Source: Rhizodiscina lignyota (Eukaryota). From it: a DNA stretch of 64,000 nucleotides. The translations under genes and the position numbers were made by a program. The stretch spans positions 310,001-374,000 of the forward strand of contig ML978131.1 in the NCBI GenBank assembly GCA_010015805.1, in the 5' to 3' direction. The first letter of the stretch is position 1. Each line of letters opens with the position of its first letter. Shown in pieces: positions 36,420-46,229 of this stretch. The notes under the pieces are model-generated. The model saw only the letters and a program-made list of their open reading frames with translations, was not told where the DNA came from and did no database searches.

Positions 36420-37512
36420 AAGGTAGGTTGCTTTGTGAGTAAGAGAGAACAGTGCTGGAGCGTCAATGGAGAAAGTATTTAAGGTACAGAGAGCTATGAC
36501 CAAACAGTGTAATCTTGGCTCTGTGTGTGAGCGCCGCCTATGTTCCAAAGGCTCATCTCCTGGACGATCGGACGGAACCAGAATACAACCCATGGTTCGT
36601 CGACGACAAATATCTGGTACTGTTCCGCAGCCGATCGACGTAGCTCCCTGGGATCGATCATCCGTCCTTCTTCCAGAGCCTTGCCTGATTCTCGATAAGT
36701 GATTCCAAGTATGTCATATGGAATGCTGCTGCAGTGTGGGCTCCTCGAACGATATCTACGAATATATCTGGTTCGTTCTCGAAGTTCGGCCGGATCGCGT
36801 CGTTCTCGACGGTGTCGTCTACCAACACTTGGCCGCCGTAACGAGTCGAGGCTGGTGCCGAAGAGAGCGACTGGTTGTGGAGTGAACGATTTGGGCGTAC
36901 AGGGCTGGTATGAGTTAAGTCAATCAACGGTGGTTGATTGAGACGGGAGATGCCATCGTCGAGGGGCTGGGCGGCATTGTTTTCCTCTGGTCAATCGTCT
37001 TTAACGTGATAGGTGCGATTTTGCGATGCAGGCTGGGTTTGCGCGGTTTTCCGTCGTCTCGGGGCTTGAGCTGGTTTTGATATTGATTCTGCAGATTTTG
37101 GTATCGATTCTGTGGATTTTGGTATGGGTTCTGCGGTCTGTTAATGCCTTGACGGGTTTCATTGGAATTTGGCTCTTTTGGAGCTCCTTGCGCTCCATCC
37201 CGGTATGGGAGCGGAAACGTTGCTGGTAGAAGCTAAGAGATATATGTTTTGAAGAGCGAGAGGAACGTCAGTGATAGACGCAATCAGCAAACCTTGCACT
37301 TCACAACATGTGCAGCAATCTTTGCAGTCTCGTCGGCATTGCGTAGTAGATGCTCGAGGACGGCTTTGAGTTGACCACTGATAGTGTGAAGTCGAAATGT
37401 GTAGTAAATGAAGTGAAGAACATGATAATAGTAAAGGAGCTGCTCGGCTGATGCGAGTTGTGGGTGGTTCTGGCGTCATGCTGTTTGTCAACTCACCGAT
37501 GGCGCGTTTCAC
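36420..37512 (-). pseudogene. Possible decayed gene: collinear same-frame ORF pieces interrupted by stops
   Basis: ORFs 37159-37512 and 36658-36927 share a frame. The gap reads as protein-like sequence (QTAEPIPKSTESIPKSAESISKP) with isolated TGA/TAA stops. The boundaries are approximate. Confidence 0.3.
37075..37137. repeat. Three degenerate 21-bp tandem repeats (TTTTGRTATNGRTTCTGYRGW)
   Basis: Units start at 37075, 37096 and 37117. Confidence 0.8.
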
Positions 37513-37997
37513 TCTCCGGAGAGCTGCCGAGGAAAAGCATAATTTAACTGTGCCGTCAACGTCATAGATTTGAAGGAGGATTGTGTCTCCTTGGACTGTT
37601 CTAGATAGTTCGCTCCGGCATATCTAGCGCAATCATGAGGACAAGCAGCTGTGCTTCAAGTAGAGCTATCCTAGGATTCCAAAGGTTTTGTCCAGAGATA
37701 GGTCTAGGATTCTTATAAAAGTGTAAAAGCATCATAGTAAAAACTGGACGAAGCGATAACGAGTTGATGGAGTGAAGTTGAGACGAGGATAGCCTAACAC
37801 GTGCTAGCGTGTTCTCTGCACGTTCGCGCACGGGCTTCATGCATGACGTGTGAGATCCATCCGATCTGTGGAGGAGCTGGATATGTAGCGATCGAGCCAG
37901 ACCAGAGCAACCATAACGAAGGGGAGGAGCCGTGGCCTTCATTGGTCGGAGCGGCTCCTTCCCTTAGCTCTTTGCATTGTCACAAAAAGACTACTTT

Positions 37998-39963
37998 ATG
38001 AAATCCCCCCTCTCAATTGCAATTCGAAGTAAATCTACATCCCTTCTCCACAAGGCTACGCTGAGACAGTATTCTCTTTCACCTCCTCGATTATCCCCCA
38101 CGATGGCGCCCAAACGCAAAGCTCCAGCCTCGATATGCTACACCGACTCCGCCGGACAAGAAAGCAACAAGCGTTCCGCGCTCTCAAAGCCCGACAGTGC
38201 CGCGAATACCAATGGCACGCGCCAGCGCAGTTCCTCCCCCCAATTCGACCATTCCCGTCCCGAAGACCGCACCGGTATCGTGCTGCGCGAATTCTACCCT
38301 CCCGAGATGTCGAATGAGCGATGCGCCATGTACAACAACAATGAGATACCGCGGCCGATCGAGGTGCTTCATGCAGCGATTGCAGAGACAAAGGCGGAGA
38401 GGGAGAAGGTTGAAGTTGGAGACTGCGTGGTACATTGGTTCAAGCGTGACCTGAGAACTTTCGACAATCAAGGCCTGAGTATGGCGGCGAGGAAGGCGAA
38501 AGATGCGGGTGTGCCACTGGTGTGCATGTTCCTGGTCAGCCCGCAGGACTATCAGGCGCATTTGACCAGTCCGGCGCGCGTAGACTTTGACTTGAGGACA
38601 CTGGCAGTGCTGAAGGAGGACTTGGGAGCTCTCGATATTCCGCTCTATGTCGAGACTGTTGAGAAGAGGAAAGCCCTTCCGTCGCGGATCGTGGAGCTTT
38701 GCAAAGAGTGGGGAGCGAAGCATATCTATTGCAACATTGAGTATGAGGTGGACGAGCTAAGACGGGAAGCATGGTTAACGAAGAGATGTCTTGAGAAGGG
38801 TGTCAGTTTCACAGCTGTGCACGATGATGTGGTCGTCCACCCAGGAGACCTGTCGACAGGTGCGGGCAAGCAGTACGCAGTGTACTCACCATGGTACAGA
38901 GCTTGGGTAACGCACATCCACGCGCATCCGGAGCTTCTCGATGCATGCGATCAACCGGAGAAGAACCCGTCGTCTACAAGAAAACGGCTCAAAGAATTGT
39001 TTAGCATAGAAATACCAGCCGCGCCGGAAAACAAGAAACTCACGCCTGACGAGAAGAAACGCTTCGAGCATCTTTGGCCGGCCGGCGAACACGAGGCTGT
39101 GGAACGACTGGAGAAATTCTTGAAGAATAGAATATCAAAGTACAAAGACACCCGCAATCTTCCTGGAGAAGATGGCACTGCGAAAGTCAGTGTCCATCAT
39201 TCCGCCGGGACGCTTGCAGCGAGAACGAGTGTGAGAATGGCACGGGACGTGAATAGCATCAAGAAACTAGACGGCGGGAATCCTGGAGTCCAGTCCTGGA
39301 TATCAGAAGTGGCCTGGAGAGACTTCTATAAGCACGTCCTGTGTCACTGGCCCTACATCTGGTGTGTTAAGACCACCAGTCGATTGAAAACGCTGATACT
39401 GACATTTGCAAAGCATGTCCAAGCCCTTCAAGTACGAATACACCAACATCTCATGGGAGTACAACCCCGACCACTTCACCCGCTGGTGCACAGGCACCAC
39501 CGGCTTCCCGATCGTCGACGCCGCCATGCGCCAGTGCAACCAAACCGGCTACGTGCACAACCGCTGCCGCATGATCGTCGCGTCCTTCCTGGCCAAGGAT
39601 CTGCTGCTCGACTGGCGCATGGGCGAGCGCTACTTCATGGAGCATCTCGTTGACGGGGACTTTGCCTCGAACAACGGCGGCTGGGGCTTCTCGTCGTCGA
39701 CGGGCGTGGATCCGCAGCCGTACTTTCGCATCTTCAATCCGCTGCTCCAGAGCGAGAAGTTCGATGCCAGTGGTGAGTATATTCGGAAGTGGGTGCCTGA
39801 GCTGGCGGGAGTGAAGGGGAATGCGATTCATGATCCGTATGGGAGAGGTGCTGGCACGCAGGCTGAGAAGCAGGGGTATCCAAGGCCCGTTGTGGATCAC
39901 AAACAGTGTCGGGAGAGGGCGTTAGCGAGGTATAAAGCTGGACTCGGCCGGGAGACGGCATAG
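37998..39963 (+). CDS. PHR1: Class I CPD DNA photolyase; exons 37998(or 38103)-39361 and 39414-39963
   Basis: HWFKRDLRTFDN, EVAWRDFY, GTTGFPIVDAAMRQ, HNRCRM, DGDFASNNGGW and FRIFNP; 52-nt intron GTGTGT..AAG. Confidence 0.95.
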
Positions 39964-40814
39964 TAGTCGTGATGCTCTGCGACCTATCATGACAGCAGGT
40001 AGATATTCAATAAATACGTTTACGGATATGACAGAAAGCAAATCGAGTAAAAGTACTGCTACCGTATGCGCCGCTCCGGGTTTTATCACACCGGACGTCG
40101 TTTATTCGCGTCTGTCCACGCGCTAAGCAACATGTCGAATCGCAATGTATTCAATGTATACTGTGACGCGGAATTGGATGATGGTAGGGCCACAGAGCTA
40201 GCATTATCTATACTTCATGTACGTGACACATTCGAGCGAGAACATCTTCGTTCAAGTTTCAGCTACCACCGCTGTACCAGCTTCCGCGTCGTTTGTTAAC
40301 AAATCAAGCCACCTCCAGTCTTCATTGCCAGGGTTGAAAAACACGAGACTAGTACATGCCCTTCCAAAAGACGCCCAAATCGTGTACGTGATGCCCTCTT
40401 TGGCATGCTTTAAACCCCACCAGTAGCCCGCAGCCCATGCAGCGAAGAAAATCAACAACAACCAGCCCAGCAGAATTGAGATCAAAAAGGGGGAGAGTGT
40501 GAAGAAGGAAAGGGAGAAGATGTATATGTACACGGCCGAAACTCCTTCCGTTGCCTTGCTCCGACCGTTTTGTCCCAGGCCCACCCAGTGTGCAGCAGCA
40601 AGGTGGAGAAGTAAAATTACAATTTTTGTACGAAATCGTTCAAGTTCACTTGCTGATCATGGTAGTGTTTGTTGATGGAGATGGTCAGACCCGAAGCCCT
40701 TTAAATCCAATCAACATTGGTCCAAGTGGCCGAGATGTAGGACAGCTGAATTTCTCAACTAGTGACATATTAGTCTTTCGAGATGTGAGAAGAGCGAAAG
40801 AGATACGCATACCG

Positions 40815-42791
40815 TTAAGTCCTCTGCATCTGCGGCTGGCCCGGTTGCATCGGTCCGCCCATTCCCATCTGCATGCCTGGCATTCCATGCGGGACACCGA
40901 GACCGTAGGGATTCGCGTTGGCTTGGCTGCTCTGTTCCAGGAACTGATGCATGTTCACTCCGCCTAGGCCTTGTGAAGAAGCGACTGGACAATCCTTGTG
41001 AGCCAGGAGCAATGTCTTGAGATTGACAATCTCCTCGCGAAGTTGCTGGACTTGGCCAGAGAGTGCGTCATTCTCAGCCGAATAGATCTCCACCTTATTC
41101 TGCAGATTCTGAAGCCACTGCTTCTTGCGCTGGCGACATTTAAGCGCAGCAATACTGGAGCGAGTTAGTAATGTAGTGAAAGGGGAAGATCAATACTGGT
41201 TCATACCGATTGCGCTCCAAAAAGTTCTTCCTCTTCTCTTCGTCGGTCATCTTCTTGCCGTTGCTATCCACATCTGGCATCGGGCTCTCCATATCGGAAT
41301 CGTCGTCCGGTGGCATGGCCATACCGCTGTTACCCTTGGTTTTCTTATTTGCCGGGGTCTTAGCAGGCGTATCATCAGCCTTTCGGCGATTGTTCGTAGC
41401 CTTGCCATTAGCTGCACCCTTCTTACCACCTCGAGATCTTGTCGCAGGCTTGGCCTGCTCGCTCTGAGCGCTGTCTGAGAGATCGCCAGTTTCAGCGGAG
41501 CCAGTAATGCTTCCAATGGAATTCTTGTTGCCGCCACGCCTTGATAATGGAGAAGTATCTTGCGACTGGCCGCCCATGTTCGTCATGTGATTCATGTTCG
41601 TCTGAATTTGAGGGGCTGGGCCTGAGGCGGGGACTTGAGCAGTGTTCCGGCCGCCATTGGCCTGTGCGAGCATGTATAGACCATTTGCTGCATCATTAGC
41701 ATCATGTTGGCCGAACGGATCACCCTGTTGTTGCTGTGGTTGATTCTGCGATGGGAACGGCTTTACGTCCATAGCGACAAACTGATTGTTGTTTGGTTCT
41801 GCCTGCGAAGTTGGTCCGTTGCTTGTTGGAACCTGTAGACTATTGCTGTTCTGGGCCTTAGCAGCCGCAGCAGCGTTCAACGCTGTGCGGTGGAAATCAA
41901 GCGTGCCCGGGGTAGCTCCGCCCGACTGAAGGCTGTTGAGAATGAGCTGCGAGTTTGGACTTGGCGCAGGAAACATAGACCCGCCACCTCCAGGCGTCAG
42001 TCCTGTACGGAGTGAGGATTCGTTGGGAGTAGGGAAACTGCCACGGAAGCTTTGTGTGAAGTAGTCACTGCCACCGGTAGGGCCAGGAAGCATAGCAGGA
42101 CTCAGCGGTCCCGAGCGCAAGCTCTCAGCCCAACCTGGCGTACCTCCAGGAAGTAGCGACGAAGGAGAGGTCAGACTGGCGACAGGTGGCAACAGACCCT
42201 TTCCTGGGGTCTCCGCAGAAGGCTGTCCGAATTGCGCCTCGAATGGATTCGGCTCAAGTTGAAAGTGACTCGAGCCGGCGCCGTGACTCTGGTTAAAGTA
42301 GTCGCCGTCTCCTGTTGCCGAAGGTTTTGGTGGAGGGCCAAGCGGTTGCCCATTGGTTACGGCGGCCTTGGTGTCGCCGTCCTGTTGACCACTCTCAGGA
42401 GCTGGGTCTGGAGGTTGGACAGGTTGAGGCGGAGAGGTTTGTCGAGATGCTCCTTGATTAGATTGATGAGGCGATGCGTGCCTTGATGTGTCTGACATGG
42501 GCGACGTGTCAGCGGCAGTAAGCTTGGAAAATGCGACAATGCGACGAATTGAACAATCGATGGCAAAGTACAAGCAGTAGGAAAGAAGCTGCGACTGGTG
42601 GTGTGCCGTGATGCAATGCGCCCTCATGCCAATGCATGCTGATTGAATGCGGAAACGACACAACGCTACAATGATGCTATGCGCACACGCGACTACTCAC
42701 CTTCTGCCTTTCCACTACTTTTCTTCAGATCCGTCGACATTCTAGAAGGCGTGTCGTTTGGGAACGGACGAGGTGCAGCTATGGCAGCCAT
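40815..42791 (-). CDS. atfA: ATF/CREB bZIP transcription factor (AtfA/Atf1), ~571 aa; exons 42791-42701, 42491-41207, 41154-40815
   Basis: LEPNPFE (OSM-like), LRSGPLSPAML, LRTGLTPGGGG and bZIP EEKRKNFLERNRIAALKCRQRKKQW with leucine zipper. Confidence 0.93.
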
Positions 42792-44305
42792 GATGGAATG
42801 ACGTAGGTACGCGGTATTTTGGTATTTGGGATGACGGTTTGGGGAAGGTCGCTGATCTTTCCTTCGTTGGCTCCTCCTCAAACCAACCAACCTCTCACAA
42901 GAGTTCCTCCGCTTCCAACTATATTTATGCCACAACGCGTTCTTTTCTTTACCAGCGCAAGCTCGTTCTGTGATGAGAGTACAGCAGTCAGTTTTGCGTT
43001 GTGCCAAGGTCGTGTGAGCGAGAGGTTGAAGCTGCTGAGCTACCGAAAGGGGAGCGGCAGCGTCGCGCTCGGTGGCGAAAAGGACACTCGACTTACGGTC
43101 GCAGGGCCGACGATGACAGCAATGGTTTCACTCGCACCAACGCGGAGGAAGTCGTTGTCGTTGATTCAATAGTGCAGTAAGTGTCGATACTCGACGAGAT
43201 GCGCTGTCGAGGAGCGGAGCGTGGTACTTGGAGACGTTTGGCGTTGCTTCGTGATGACGCAACGACAAGCGATCAAAAGGAGGCGGAAGAGCGTTGCACC
43301 TAAAGCGCGGAGCGCGCACCCGCGGGCGGCAGCGTCGAAGTGGGATGGCGTTCAGAGTGCGGCTCTGCTGTTCTCTGAGACCGATTGCTTGGTCTCTTGC
43401 TGCAGATCGTGGTGTGGTACGCGGTGTAGCCCTGCTGGGTGGAATGACGCAGCTGGCAGAAGGAGAAAAAAAAGTGACGTCGGTTGGGCAAGGCGCAGGA
43501 GTTTTCAAGAGGGAGAGCGAGCGCCTCTCGCTTGGCGTCGCCGCGGATTGCGTGAGCGCGAAACGTTCTTCCGGCCGACCCATGGCCGCTGCTTTGCTGG
43601 CATTTGTCAGCCACGTGATGCTCACACGCTCGCAATCGAGCTTTTGCCGGCGGATCTCGCTCGCGATTGCCGCCATCTCTCCGACGCGCCGCATCGCGAT
43701 CTGCCCCTTGTGCTATTTCGGGGCCAACGTCCACAGCATCCAAGTTGCACTTCAATTCTGCTTTTGCGGAAGTGCGCGGAGCTTAATCGACAGCAATTGC
43801 TGCTTCTCGGCCCTTTAAAAGTAATTGTCTGGTCAGCGGGCATATGGCAATCAGTGAAGCGAGATCGAGCTTCGCAGAAAGTCCATTGGCAAGTTCCGAT
43901 TGCGCGGCATGCTGCATATCGCCTATCAAGTCTTATCGGTGTAAAAGGGGAATACAAAATGCAGAGAAAAGAATCTATTTAAAGTAGCATTATTAACTGA
44001 GAAACCCCCTCATACATAAGTTCAACACCTTCGAGCTCAAGTTGCAAGTCTGATTTCTATCGTAGTGGTGAGTATATTTATTTTCCCATCCCTCGTTGAA
44101 GCGGAGCGCACGGAGATTTCCATCCTTTGATAGTTGGCCACCGAGAGAAAGTCAGTAATTGCGGCGAGTGCTATTCCGATCAGTGATCAATGCTATATCG
44201 TAACATACATTGTTCGAATCTCACTTTACGCAGTGTTAGGTAGAAATGCGTATAGGACAATAAGTCGGAGGATCAAACATTTTCAATTCTTTGTGTTTAA
44301 CACAT

Positions 44306-44480
44306 TAGGGTTGTCAAACCCTAAGTGACGCTCTAACACCAACAATAAATACGCGATAGGGTTGTCAAACCCTAAGTAGCACTCTAACACCAACAATAAA
44401 TACGCTGTAGGGTTGTCAAACCCTAAGTAGTACTCTAACCAACAATACATACGCTGTAGGGTTAGGGTTATAACAACCCC
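44306..44480. repeat. Tandem array of 51/51/49-bp units, each with the palindrome TAGGGTT-GTCA-AACCCTA, ending in TAGGGTTAGGGTTA
   Basis: Units start at 44306, 44357 and 44408; a degenerate fourth start at 44457. Confidence 0.95.
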
Positions 44481-45003
44481 TGGCATTCTCAGAGTACCTA
44501 CTGCCCCAAAACCCCCTCCAAAGCCACGTCATGTGAGACAGATTCTCAAATATGTTTAAAAGTACCATACGCCGAAATCATACATTCGTCTATTTATTAT
44601 TTCCATCCAATCAAGAGCATTCCGAGCTGGGGACAAGTCGTCGTCGTACTGCGGGGCGCATATCTCCGCTGGTGCAACTTGGTGACTCTCCCCACTTGCC
44701 AGAAGCGGCCATTTGAGTGAACCTTGCCCGGCCCGCACGACGCATCTATCTCATATCTCTTACATGATAACAAAGCGGCCAAAGAGCTAGACGCTCGAGC
44801 TATCCTACCTGGCCATTGCCAGTGCCGATATCGTCGGCGTTACTCCTCACCATGGCTGACATCACCTCATGCGACCTTTGGCTCACGTCGCGTTGTCAAG
44901 TATCATCGTCTCATTGCTTTTGCGCGTCTCAATCAGCTCCTTATTGGCTGCAGACATTTCCGTGAGACTGTTCAATTGATCTCGTAGACCGGTTACGCGC
45001 GCA

Positions 45004-46229
45004 ATGGGCAAGAAACGCGTGCTCGTGGGCTACGGGGTGGACATCGACGCGGTCGCCGGCTGGTTGGGCTCGTACGGCGGAGAGGACTCCAGCAGCGACA
45101 TCAGTCGCGGTACGCTCGGTGATCTTCATACAATCCTTACCCCCTCTCTAACCGAATTCCAAATCCAGGTCTGTTTGCCGGGACAATCGGCGTCCAGCGG
45201 CTTCTGAAGCTATTCGACAAGAACAACATCAAAGCGACATGGTTCATTCCCGGCCATTCACTTGAAACGTTTCCGGAATCTTGTGCAGCGATTCGCGATG
45301 GGGGACACGAAATTGGGCTGCATGGGTACAGTCATGAGAATCCGAGCGATATGACGCTCGATCAGCAGAAGGACGTGTTGGATAAGACATTTCGAATGTT
45401 GACCGAGTTTTGTGGGAAGCCGCCAAGAGGAAGTGTAGCACCATGGTGGGAGACCAGCCGAGGTACGTAGATAGGGCCCTACGTGAGAGAGGGGAAAGGA
45501 AATAGACTGCAAAGATAGCGTTTACGGGGGATGAGGTCAATCGCTGACGCGACGATATGGACAGAGGCTTGCGAACTCATGCTCGCATACGGCATTGAGT
45601 ACGACCATAGCATGAGCCACCAGGACCACGCGATGTACTGGCTGCGCACCGGCGATTCCTGGACAAAGATAGACTACTCGCAGAAGGCAGATACATGGAT
45701 GAAGCCACTGGTGCATGGACATATGACGGGCATGGTCGAGATACCCGCGAGTTGGTACATCGATGATTTGGTAGGGCCAGCCACTTGTTTGAGGCGACAA
45801 CACAGGGTGTGAAGAATGGCTAATTAAGAGCGCAGCCGCCGATGATGTTCATCAAAAAGGCGCCGAATAGCCACGGCTGGGTGAGTGCGAGAGACGTCGA
45901 GCAATTGTGGATGGACCACTTCGACTACTTCTACCGGGAGTACGACGAGTTCTGCTTTCCGATGACAATACATCCCGACGTTAGTGGTAGACCCCATGCG
46001 CTGTTGATGCACGAAAGGTACGGAGAAATGACCTTATCTGACACGTTCTGATGTTTGTGGTGTGCTGACCGATGATAGGATAATTGAGCACATTAACAAG
46101 CACGAAGGCGTTGAATGGGTGACGTTTGAGCAGATGTGTGATGAGTTTAAGAGCAAGAACAGCCCACCGGAAGGAGCGGTGATGCCAGCGAATAGTGAAG
46201 AGGTACTGAAGAAATTGGGGTTGAAATAA
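45004..46229 (+). CDS. Polysaccharide deacetylase (CE4, PuuE/PgdA-like), ~312 aa; exons 45004-45109, 45169-45462, 45565-45770, 45836-46017, 46079-46229
   Basis: [52 protein letters not shown] and HPDVSGRP; four canonical introns give a 939-nt frame. Confidence 0.9.

Noticed and set aside
40252..40584. Hydrophobic 110-aa ORF resembling a membrane protein
   Set aside because: It has a non-ATG start and derives from pyrimidine-rich sequence in the likely atfA 3' UTR.
43128..43982. Overlapping 150-250 aa ORFs on both strands upstream of atfA
   Set aside because: GC-rich promoter sequence; Arg/Ala/Ser-rich translations with no motifs or coherent codon bias.
43000..44470. Telomerase RNA gene using TAACCCTAA (minus strand at ~44470, or plus strand at ~13932) as template
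   Set aside because: The motifs sit inside a tandem repeat or leave too little room before the next gene, and I could not recognise a pseudoknot or CR4/5 element. A covariance-model search would settle it.
44306..44480. CRISPR array (palindromic repeat with ~33-bp spacers)
   Set aside because: The linkers are near-identical rather than unique, there are no cas genes, and the host is a eukaryote.
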